This document shows, in pieces, positions 49,070-57,710 of a DNA stretch of 64,000 nt (position 1 is its first letter; each line of letters begins with the position of its first letter). Source of the DNA: Gemmatimonadales bacterium. Lineage in GTDB: Bacteria; Gemmatimonadota; Gemmatimonadetes; Gemmatimonadales; GWC2-71-9. Below the pieces are notes generated by a model that was not told the DNA's origin, ran no database searches, and worked only from the letters and a program-made list of their open reading frames with translations. The DNA lies in assembly GCA_036004745.1 (NCBI GenBank), contig DASYRD010000129.1, forward strand, positions 41,687-105,686, given 5' to 3'. The position numbers and the translations under genes are program-made.

Positions 49070-50898
49070 TCGACCGTGACGCTCTTCGCCAGGTTTCTGG
49101 GCTGGTCCACGTTGCATCCCCGGCGCACCGCGATGTAGTACGCGAGGAGCTGAAGCGGCAGCACGCTGAGCACCGGCGTGAGCAGATCCAGAGTCTCGGG
49201 AATCTCGATGCGATGATCGGCGAGCCTCGCGAGCGCGGCGTCGCCTTCGGTGGCGACCGCGATCACGCGCCCCCCGCGCGCCTTCACCTCTTCGACGTTG
49301 CTCACGACCTTCTGGTGCACGGCATCCATGGGCGCAACGAAGACGACGGGCATCAGATCGTCGATCAGCGCGATCGGGCCATGTTTCATCTCGGCCGCCG
49401 GATACCCCTCGGCGTGGATGTAGGAGATCTCCTTGAGCTTGAGGGCCCCTTCGAGCGCCACGGGGAAGTTGTAGCCGCGGCCGAGGTAGAGGACGTTCGT
49501 CGCCCGCTGCAGGCGCTCGGCGATCTGTTCGATCTGCGGCGCCTTGGCCAGCACCTGCGCGACGAGCTCTGGGAGTTTGGCGAGCGACCGCACGACGTCG
49601 CGGCCCTGCAGGATCGAGAGGGCGCGGAGGCGGCCCATCTTGAGCGTCAGCAGCGCGAGGGCCGCGATCTGGCTGGTGAAGGCCTTGGTACTGGCGACGC
49701 CGATCTCCGGCCCCGCGTGCAGGTAAATCCCGCCGTCCACCTCGCGCGCGATGGTGCTCCCCACCACGTTGACGAGGCCGAGCGTACGGGCGCCGCGGCG
49801 CTTCGCCTCGCGCAGCGCCGCGAGCGTGTCCGCCGTTTCGCCCGACTGCGAAATCCCCACCACCAGCGTCCGCTCGTCGACGATCGGGTTGCGATAGCGG
49901 AACTCCGATGCGTACTCAACTTCCGTCGGGATGCGGGCCAGCTCCTCCATCATGTACTCGCCGATGAGCCCCGAATGCCACGAGGTGCCGCACGCCGTGA
50001 TCACGATGCGCTGGACCTTGAGCAGGTCTTCATCGGTGATGTTGAGCCCGCCCAGCTTGACGGTGCCTTCCTCTTCGAGGAGCCGGCCGCGCAGCGTGTT
50101 CCGGATGCTCTCCGGCTGCTCCATGATCTCCTTGAGCATGAAGTGCGCAAAGCCGCCGCGCTCGATCGTGGCGAGATCCCAGTCCAACTGGGTGACCGTC
50201 TTTTCCTTCTCCACCGCCGCGAGGTCCATGATGCGGTAGTCGCCGGGACGCACCTCGGCGATCTCGCCCTCGTCCAAGTACACGACCGAGCGCGTGTGGG
50301 CCAGCACTGCCGAGGCGTCGGAGGCGACGAAGTTCTCCCCGTTCCCGATCGCGACGAGGAGCGGCGAGCCGCGGCGGGCGGCCACGATGGTGTCGGGTTC
50401 GCGGCTCGAGACGACGGCGATGCCGTACGTGCCCTCGACCTGGCGCAACGCGCCGGCAACGGCGTCTACTAATGGACGGCCCTGCGTGTGCAGCTCCTCC
50501 ACCAGGTGTACGAGGACTTCGGTGTCGGTCTCGGAGCGGAACACGTGCCCGCGCTTCGTCAGCGCGGTGCGCAGCACTCCGGCGTTCTCGATGATCCCGT
50601 TATGAACGAGCGCGAGCGTGCCGCCGCAATCGGAATGCGGGTGTGCGTTCGCCGTGGTGGGCGCGCCGTGGGTCGCCCACCGTGTGTGCGCGATCGCCGT
50701 ATGGCCCGGCGGCGGATTCGCGCCGAGCTCGCGCTCCAGCATTGCGATCTTCCCGGCCGCTTTGAAGATGTCGATGCGGCCGTCATGGACGACCGCGACG
50801 CCCGCCGAATCGTAGCCGCGATACTCGAGCCGCTTCAGCCCGTCGAGCACCAGCCCGGCGGCCGCGCGTGTGCCGGTGTACCCTACGATCCCGCACAT
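49066..50898 (-). CDS. glmS: Glutamine--fructose-6-phosphate aminotransferase
   Basis: N-terminal MCGIVGY (catalytic Cys), two SIS domains, and C-terminal ..NLAKSVTVE. Confidence 0.97.
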
Positions 50899-52238
50899 AG
50901 GCGTCGTCCTTCATCGATCAGCCGCTGCGCGTCGGCCACGGTCGGCGCCTCGGCGATCAACCGGATAATCGGCTCCGTATTCGATGGCCGGACGTGCAGC
51001 CACCGATGGGGCCAGGCGAGCCGCAGGCCGTCCTGGGTATCGAAGCTGGCAGCCGCGAATGCGCGCCGCAGTCCGGCGTACACCGCGTCGAGCTGCGCGC
51101 CGCGCGGCACCTTGTCCTTGACGATCGCATAGCGCGGCGCGCTCGCGACCAGGTCGCTCACGCTGCGCCGCTCGCGGGTCAGCAGCGCCAAGACGAACGC
51201 CGCCGCGAGGGGCGCGTCCCGTCCCACGTGCAGGGGCGGGTACATCACGCCGCCGTTGCCTTCGCCGCCGATGGCGGCCTTGTGCGCGATGATCGTGCGC
51301 GCCACATGCGCCTCGCCAACGGGAGAGCGAACGACCGTAGCGCCGCAGTCGCGGGCCGCATCCTCCACGACCAAGGAAGTCGAGAGATTGCACACGACGG
51401 TCTTTCCCTTCCCCCTCTGCCCGAGCACCGCGCGAACTGCGAAGGCCAGCGTATAGTCCTCGCCGATCGCCTTGCCTCGCTCGTCGACGAGGGCCAGGCG
51501 ATCCACATCGGGATCCACGGCGATCCCCACGTCGGCCTTGTGGCGGCGCGCGAGGGCGCCGAGCTGCTTCAGGTGCTCGGGGAGGGGCTCGGGGGCCCTA
51601 GGGAAGTGGCCGTCGGGCTCGAGGTTGATGGCGGCGACGCGGCATCCCAGCCGCTCGAGCAGCTCGGGCATCACGACGCCCCCCGCCCCGCGAACGGTAT
51701 CGAGCGCAACGCGGAAGCGGCGCCGCCGGATCGCCTTCACGTCGAGCGCACGCAGCTTGAGCAACTTATCCAAGTGCCGCGCGATGCTCTCCGGGTCGGC
51801 GGTGACGTCACCGACGCCATCGTAGCCCGCGCGAGGCATGTCACCATTCTTCGCGAGCGCGGCGACTCGGCCGCCGTCGTCGACGCCCAGGTAGATGCCA
51901 TCGGGGCCGACGAACTTGAGCGCGTTCCACTCGATGGGATTGTGGCTCGCGGTGAGGATGATGCCGCCCGCGGCGCGGTGGTGCTCGACGGCGAGCTGCA
52001 CCGTGGGCGTCGTGACGAGTCCGACGTCGATCACGTCGCAGCCGACCGACATCAGGCCTGCCGTGGCCGCGCGCGCGAACATCGGGCCCGACGTGCGCGC
52101 GTCGCGGCCGAGCACGACCGTGCCGGCCTTTGCCCAGGTCCCGAAGGCTGCGGCCCAGCGCGCGACCACCTCGGGGGTCAGGTCGGTACCCACGAGTCCC
52201 CGCACCCCGGCCACACCCACCATCAGCGTATCAGACAT
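50883..52238 (-). CDS. glmM: Phosphoglucosamine mutase / phosphohexomutase family protein
   Basis: GVRG.., active-site loop ILTASHNPIEWNALKF, and metal site IAVDPDVDR. The gene overlaps glmS by 16 nt. TASHNP rather than SASHNP leaves substrate specificity open. Confidence 0.8.
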   Translation of the reverse strand: MSDTLMVGVAGVRGLVGTDLTPEVVARWAAAFGTWAKAGTVVLGRDARTSGPMFARAATAGLMSVGCDVIDVGLVTTPTVQLAVEHHRAAGGIILTASHNPIEWNALKFVGPDGIYLGVDDGGRVAALAKNGDMPRAGYDGVGDVTADPESIARHLDKLLKLRALDVKAIRRRRFRVALDTVRGAGGVVMPELLERLGCRVAAINLEPDGHFPRAPEPLPEHLKQLGALARRHKADVGIAVDPDVDRLALVDERGKAIGEDYTLAFAVRAVLGQRGKGKTVVCNLSTSLVVEDAARDCGATVVRSPVGEAHVARTIIAHKAAIGGEGNGGVMYPPLHVGRDAPLAAAFVLALLTRERRSVSDLVASAPRYAIVKDKVPRGAQLDAVYAGLRRAFAAASFDTQDGLRLAWPHRWLHVRPSNTEPIIRLIAEAPTVADAQRLIDEGRRLCAGS

Positions 52239-53323
52239 CAGATGCGACGAGCGTCCATCGCGCGCACCGGCAGGCGCAGGGGCTGAAGCTGCGGGGTGGG
52301 AATGGGGAGCTCCCTCAGCTCGGGGAAGGCCCGTTTGAAAGCGTCCACGATCCCAGAATCAAACTGAACGTTCTTGCCGTCTTCCAGCTCTTTCATCGCC
52401 ACGGGCACGGGGAGCGAGGGACGGTAGGGACGCACGCTGGTCATCGCGTCGAATGCGTCGGCGACGGCGACGATGCGGGCCTCCCAGGGGATCGCTTCGC
52501 CGGCCAGACCGTCGGGAGCGCCCTTGCCATCCCACCGCTCGTGGTGGGAGCGCACGATCGACAGCGCGCCGGGCGCGTCGCGCATCAGCGGCCCCAGGAT
52601 GCGAAACCCGATGACGGTGTGCTCCATGATGTGGCGGTATTCGTCGGGCGTCAGCTTCCCCGCCTTGTGGAGCACGGCCTCGCTCACGCCGATTTTACCC
52701 ACGTCGTGCAGCTCCGCCCCCAACGCGATGGTATCCACCGTGTCCTTGTCCAGCTCCATGGCGTGCGCGATGCTCACGGCATAGTTGGAGACGCGCATCG
52801 AGTGACCGCGCGTGTACCCGTCCTTGGCCTCGAGCGCGTGGACCAGGGCGTGTACGCCTTCGAGAAAGAGCTCCTCGATGCGCCGGGCCTGGGCCTCGAC
52901 GCGCTCCTCGAGATGGTGCTGGTAGCTCTTGTTCTCCTGGATGAGGCGGCGCTTGTCGAGCGCCTGCGTCACCCGCGCGCGCACCTCGTCCAGGTGAAAC
53001 GGTTTGGCGACGTAGTCGAGCGCGCCCATCTGGAGACAAGCGACGGCACTCTCGACCTCCGCGACGGCCGTCACGACGATCACGGCCGTCTCCGGCCAGC
53101 GCGTCGTCACCTCGCGCAGCAGGGTGACCCCGTCCATCTCCGGCATCCGCAGGTCGGAAATCATCAGCGGCACCGGCTCTTTTTCGAGCTCGGCGAGGGC
53201 CTCGACGCCCGACCCCGCCTCCCGGCACCGAAACCCCTCTCCTTCGAGGAGACGGATCAGCACACGGCGCAGGCGCGGCTCGTCGTCGACGACGAGACAA
53301 CGCATTCCGCTGAACGGCGACAT
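52238..53323 (-). CDS. Response regulator with an HD-GYP-family phosphodiesterase output domain (GYP degenerated to GAP)
   Basis: Receiver domain MRCLVVDDEPRLRRVL..LMISDLRMPEMDG..VAKPF. HD domain GHSMRVSNYA..AELHDVGKIG..HHERWDGKGAPDGL..VADAFDAMTSVRPYR. The stop overlaps the glmM ATG (TGATG). The part of the track ORF upstream of 53323 is antisense to the PLP-enzyme gene. Confidence 0.85.
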   Translation of the reverse strand: MSPFSGMRCLVVDDEPRLRRVLIRLLEGEGFRCREAGSGVEALAELEKEPVPLMISDLRMPEMDGVTLLREVTTRWPETAVIVVTAVAEVESAVACLQMGALDYVAKPFHLDEVRARVTQALDKRRLIQENKSYQHHLEERVEAQARRIEELFLEGVHALVHALEAKDGYTRGHSMRVSNYAVSIAHAMELDKDTVDTIALGAELHDVGKIGVSEAVLHKAGKLTPDEYRHIMEHTVIGFRILGPLMRDAPGALSIVRSHHERWDGKGAPDGLAGEAIPWEARIVAVADAFDAMTSVRPYRPSLPVPVAMKELEDGKNVQFDSGIVDAFKRAFPELRELPIPTPQLQPLRLPVRAMDARRI

Positions 53324-53380
53324 GGTCGCTAACAGTATGCGTCGCTTGCCCCTGGCGGAAGGCGCCCTTACGTTCCGAGC

Positions 53381-54550
53381 ATGACGCGGATTGTCGACAC
53401 CGACCTCACGCTGCGCTTCGCCACCCGCACCGTACACGCCGGACAGGTACCCGAACCGCTCGCGGGCGCCGTGATGACGCCGATTTATCAGACCTCCACG
53501 TACGTCCAGCAGGGGCTCGGCAAGCACAAGGGGTACGAATACGCGCGCACCAGCAACCCGACGCGCGAAGCGCTCGAGCGCAACGTCGCCGCGCTCGAAG
53601 GGGCGCGCTACGGCTTCGCGTTCAGCTCGGGACTCGCCGCGCTCGACTCCGTGATGAAGCTGTTGTCGGCGGGCGATCACGTCGTGAGCGGCGAGAACGT
53701 GTACGGCGGCTCGCATCGCCAGATGACGCATATCTGGTCGCGCCTCGGCCTGACGTTCACGTTCGTCGACGGCGGCGACAGCGCGGCGGTCGCGGCGGCC
53801 GTGACGCCCAAGACGAAGATCGTCTACGCCGAGACGCCGACGAACCCGATGATGCGACTGTGCGACCTCGCCGCGACCGGCGAGATCGCGAAACAGGCCG
53901 GCGCGCTGTTCGTCGTCGACAACACGTTCGCGACTCCGTTCTTCCAGCAGCCCCTCCAGTACGGCGCCGACATCGTCCTCCACTCGACGACCAAATACCT
54001 GAACGGCCACTCCGACATGATCGGCGGCCTGCTGGTCACGAGCCGCGACGATCTCGCCGAGCGCCTCGGGTTCCTGCAAAACAGCTCGGGCGCCGTGCCG
54101 GGACCGTTCGACTGTTGGCTCGCGCTGCGCGGCACGAAGACCCTGGCGCTGCGCATGCGGCAGCACGACGCGAGCGGCCGCCGCATCGCCGAATGGCTCG
54201 GCACGCAGCGCAAGGTCAAGCGGATCTACTATCCGGGGCTGCCGTCTCATCCGCAGCACGAGCTGGCCCGCCGTCAAATGAAGGGCTTCGGCGGGATGAT
54301 CAGTATCGAGCTGGGAGACGTGGCGTTCGCCCGCCGCTTCGTGGAGCGCACCAAGATCTTCGCCCTGGCGGAATCGCTGGGTGGCGTGGAGAGTCTCATT
54401 GGGCATCCCGCGTCGATGACCCATGCCAGCGTGCCGCGCGAGATGCGCGAGCGGATGGGGCTGACCGACAGCCTGGTCCGGTTGTCCGTGGGCATCGAGG
54501 ATGTGGACGACCTGATCGGCGATTTGGAGCAGGCGTTAGGGGACGATTGA
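53381..54550 (+). CDS. Cys/Met-metabolism PLP-dependent enzyme (cystathionine gamma-synthase / beta- or gamma-lyase family)
   Basis: ..TRTVHAGQ..MTPIYQTSTY..YARTSNPT..STTKYLNGHSDMIGG (PLP Lys)..ESLGGVESL..HPASMTHA. Confidence 0.9.
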   Translation: MTRIVDTDLTLRFATRTVHAGQVPEPLAGAVMTPIYQTSTYVQQGLGKHKGYEYARTSNPTREALERNVAALEGARYGFAFSSGLAALDSVMKLLSAGDHVVSGENVYGGSHRQMTHIWSRLGLTFTFVDGGDSAAVAAAVTPKTKIVYAETPTNPMMRLCDLAATGEIAKQAGALFVVDNTFATPFFQQPLQYGADIVLHSTTKYLNGHSDMIGGLLVTSRDDLAERLGFLQNSSGAVPGPFDCWLALRGTKTLALRMRQHDASGRRIAEWLGTQRKVKRIYYPGLPSHPQHELARRQMKGFGGMISIELGDVAFARRFVERTKIFALAESLGGVESLIGHPASMTHASVPREMRERMGLTDSLVRLSVGIEDVDDLIGDLEQALGDD

Positions 54551-54611
54551 GGACCCGAAACACGACCCATGGGAATCCGTACGTGATGGCATCCCATTGT
54601 AGGAGACAGAT

Positions 54612-55610
54612 ATGACCGACGCGACCGGCCTTCCTGCCGCGCGCCCGCGCAAGATTCTGACGCAGATCGCCCCCGTGACGTGGGAGCACCCTGCCGATCG
54701 CGCCGCGCTCCAAACCCTGCGTTCCGTCCCGGGCTTCGATGAGGTGGTAAAGAAGATCGTCGGGTTCTTCGGCGAGCGCGGCTTCCGTCTGCTGTTCACG
54801 GCCGATGCCGTGCGCGTGGGGCCGACGCAGTTTCCCAAGCTCAACGCGCTCTACACCGATGTCCTCACCTCCATGGACTGGCCGGTGCGCCCCGATTTGT
54901 TCGTGTCGCAAACCCCCTTCGTCAACGCCGGGGCGTACGGCATGGATCGCCCGTTCATCGTCATCAACTCGGGCGCCTTGAAGCTGCTCGACGACGACGA
55001 GATGCGCGTGCTGCTGGGGCACGAGCTCGGCCACGTGATGAGCGGCCACGCGCTGTACCACACGATCCTGATTCTCATCCTGTTCGTGGGGCTGAACTTC
55101 CTGCCGTTCCTCACGAGCCTGGTGCTCGCGCCGATCCGGCTCGCGCTGCTCGAGTGGTCGCGCAAGAGCGAACTGTCGGCCGACCGCGCCGGATTGCTCT
55201 CGTCCCAAGACCCGCGCGCCTCCATGCGGATGTTCCTCAAGATGGCGGGCGGCGGTGACATGAAGGAGATGGACCTCGACGCCTTCCTGCAGCAAGCCAA
55301 GGAGTACGAGGAGACCGGCGGCGCGATCGACCGCATCTTCAAGATCTTGAACACGCTGGAGCAGTCGCATCCGTTCAACACGCTCCGCGCCGCCGAGCTG
55401 GAGCGCTGGGTCATGGCCGGCGAGTATGAGAAGATCTTGGGTGGGGCGTACACGCGGCGCGGCCCCGAGGCCGAGCAGCGCCCGATCGATAAGGACATCG
55501 ACGACGCACGCGACCACTACATGAATGAAGCGAAGGCGGTCGTGAACGACGTCGTCGACACCGCCAAGCGAGCCGCACAAGCCTTCTCGGACGCCTTCAA
55601 GAAGAAGTGA
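54612..55610 (+). CDS. M48-family zinc metalloprotease
   Basis: Zinc motif HELGHVMSGHALYHT, a hydrophobic hairpin, and ..ELSADRAGLL. A strong AGGAG lies upstream of the ATG. Confidence 0.85.
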   Translation: MTDATGLPAARPRKILTQIAPVTWEHPADRAALQTLRSVPGFDEVVKKIVGFFGERGFRLLFTADAVRVGPTQFPKLNALYTDVLTSMDWPVRPDLFVSQTPFVNAGAYGMDRPFIVINSGALKLLDDDEMRVLLGHELGHVMSGHALYHTILILILFVGLNFLPFLTSLVLAPIRLALLEWSRKSELSADRAGLLSSQDPRASMRMFLKMAGGGDMKEMDLDAFLQQAKEYEETGGAIDRIFKILNTLEQSHPFNTLRAAELERWVMAGEYEKILGGAYTRRGPEAEQRPIDKDIDDARDHYMNEAKAVVNDVVDTAKRAAQAFSDAFKKK

Positions 55611-56893
55611 GCGTTCTCGTCGTCGGCGGGGGTGGCCGCGAGCATGCGCTGTGTTGGGCGCTGCACCGCGACACCCCCGACGCGACTCTCTTCGCCGCTC
55701 CCGGCAACCCAGGCACCGCCACCCTCGGCACCAACCTCCCCATCTCGGCGACAGACGTGGATGCGCTCGTCGCCGCGGTCCTGCAACACGACATCGAAGT
55801 CACGATCATCGGTCCTGAGGCGCCGCTCGCCGCGGGCCTGGCCGACAAGCTCCACGACGCCGGCCGCGCCGTCTTCGGACCGAGCCAGGCCGCCGCGCGG
55901 CTCGAGTCGTCGAAGGCGTACGCGAAGGAAGTGATGCGCCGTGCCGGCGTCCCCACCGGCGCGAGCGAGACGTTCACCGATCTCGCGGTGGCACTCGCCT
56001 ACATCGAGACGCATGCCGAGCCGCTCGTCGTGAAAGCGTCGGGACTCGCTGCGGGCAAAGGCGTCGTGGTGTGCGCCGCGCGTGCCGAGGCCGCCGACGT
56101 CGCCCGCGCCATGCTGGGGGGCAGCGCGCTCGGCGAGGCCGGCCGGGAGATCGTCGTCGAAGCGTTCCTGGAGGGAGAGGAGCTGTCGGTCCTGGCGCTC
56201 ACCGACGGCGAGCGCATCGTGATCCTGCCACCGGCGCAGGACCACAAGCGCCTGGGCGAAGGCGATACGGGGCCCAACACCGGCGGGATGGGCGCCTATT
56301 GCCCCGTGGCGCTGACGACGGACGAGCTGCTCGCGCGCGTGCGCCGCGACGTGCTCGAGCCGGTGTTGCGCGAGATGGCGGCACAGGGTGCCCCGTACGA
56401 AGGTGTCTTGTACGCCGGCCTGATGCTCGCGCCCGACGGCACGCCCAACGTCCTCGAGTTCAATTGCCGCTTCGGCGATCCCGAGGCGCAGGCGATTCTT
56501 CCGGTCCTGCCCAAAGGCGCGACCAAGCACCTGATCGATATCGCACGCCGCCGCTGGCGCACCAAGCGACAGGTCATCGCGCCGTCGCGCGCGGCCGTCA
56601 CCACGGTGCTCGCAGCCCGCGGCTATCCCGACAAGCCTGAAAAGGGCGCCGCGATTCGCTTACCGCACGATCTGGGGGCCAATGTGGTCGTCTTTCACGC
56701 GGGGACCGCGCGGGATGGCGACGGCACGCTCCGGACCGCCGGGGGCCGCGTGCTGAGTGTCACGGGCCTCGGCAGCGGCGTGGCCGCGGCGGCCCGGGTG
56801 AGTGCGGCGGCGTGCGACAAGATCGCGTTCGAAGGGAAGACTTGGCGGCGCGATATCGCCTGGCGCGAGCTGCAGCGTGCCGGAGCTGCCTGA
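55607..56893 (+). CDS. purD: Phosphoribosylamine--glycine ligase
   Basis: VLVVGGGGREHALCWAL..GPE.PL..VVKASGLAAGKGV..HKRLGEGDTGPNTGGMGAY..EFNCRFGDPE. GTGA overlap with the M48 gene. Confidence 0.95.
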   Translation: MSVLVVGGGGREHALCWALHRDTPDATLFAAPGNPGTATLGTNLPISATDVDALVAAVLQHDIEVTIIGPEAPLAAGLADKLHDAGRAVFGPSQAAARLESSKAYAKEVMRRAGVPTGASETFTDLAVALAYIETHAEPLVVKASGLAAGKGVVVCAARAEAADVARAMLGGSALGEAGREIVVEAFLEGEELSVLALTDGERIVILPPAQDHKRLGEGDTGPNTGGMGAYCPVALTTDELLARVRRDVLEPVLREMAAQGAPYEGVLYAGLMLAPDGTPNVLEFNCRFGDPEAQAILPVLPKGATKHLIDIARRRWRTKRQVIAPSRAAVTTVLAARGYPDKPEKGAAIRLPHDLGANVVVFHAGTARDGDGTLRTAGGRVLSVTGLGSGVAAAARVSAAACDKIAFEGKTWRRDIAWRELQRAGAA

Positions 56894-57704
56894 AGTCGAG
56901 ACGATCGTGCGCGACCTGGCCCCCCGTCTCGAGGGGTGCCGCATCGCGCACGTGCAGCTCCGGAAGACCGATGTCCTGCGGCAGGTCAGCAAGTCCAGCC
57001 TCATCAAGGCGCTGACGGGTAACACGATCGAGCAGGTCTCCCGCCGCGCCAAGCACGCGGTGTTTCGGCTCTCGAGCAGTAACCGGATGATCATCCAGCC
57101 GCGCATGACGGGATCGTTTCTGGTGCACGACAAGCCCTTGACGCGCGCCGAGCGGAAGTACGCGGTGCTCCTGTGCACGCTGAGCGACGACCGCGTTTTC
57201 GTCTACCGCGACGTGCGGCGACTCGGCACGATCTGGTTGCTCGATGAGGAAGGGTGGATGGCGTACACGGGACGGATCGGCCCTGAGCCGCTGGACGAAA
57301 CGTTCACGCCCTTTGCTTTCGCCCACCGGCTCCAGGGCACGCGCACGGCGGTCAAAAAAGCCATCATGGATCAGCGGCGCGTGGCGGGCGTCGGCAACAT
57401 CTACGCGAACGAAGCGCTGTTCGACGCGCGGCTCAATCCGGCGAAGCCCACCAACAAACTGTCGCTCGAGGAGTTCGCCCGCCTGCACGCCGCGATCGTC
57501 GACGTCCTGCAGCGCGCGCTCGCGTCATCCGGCACGACACTGCGTAACTACCGCACCGGCACCGGCGAACCCGGCCGCTTTCAGTTCGAGCTGCGCGTCT
57601 ACGGCCGGGGGGGAGAAAAATGTGTGCGTTGCGGCAAGCGGCTCACCGCAACGCACAAGATCGATCTGCGGGCGACCACGTTCTGTCCCCGCTGTCAGCG
57701 CTAG
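56877..57704 (+). CDS. mutM: Formamidopyrimidine-DNA glycosylase (Fpg/MutM)
   Basis: The start is set at the GTG giving (M)PELPEVETIVRDL. H2TH region GVGNIYANEALF, and zinc finger CVRCG..FCPRCQ at the C-terminus. Confidence 0.92.
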   Translation: MPELPEVETIVRDLAPRLEGCRIAHVQLRKTDVLRQVSKSSLIKALTGNTIEQVSRRAKHAVFRLSSSNRMIIQPRMTGSFLVHDKPLTRAERKYAVLLCTLSDDRVFVYRDVRRLGTIWLLDEEGWMAYTGRIGPEPLDETFTPFAFAHRLQGTRTAVKKAIMDQRRVAGVGNIYANEALFDARLNPAKPTNKLSLEEFARLHAAIVDVLQRALASSGTTLRNYRTGTGEPGRFQFELRVYGRGGEKCVRCGKRLTATHKIDLRATTFCPRCQR

Positions 57705-57710
57705 CGCGCC

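Noticed and set aside
53324-54424. Upstream 367 codons of the 728-aa minus-strand ORF that ends as the HD-GYP regulator
   Set aside because: This stretch is antisense to the PLP-dependent Cys/Met enzyme gene and has no motifs. The receiver domain begins at ATG 53323/53305.
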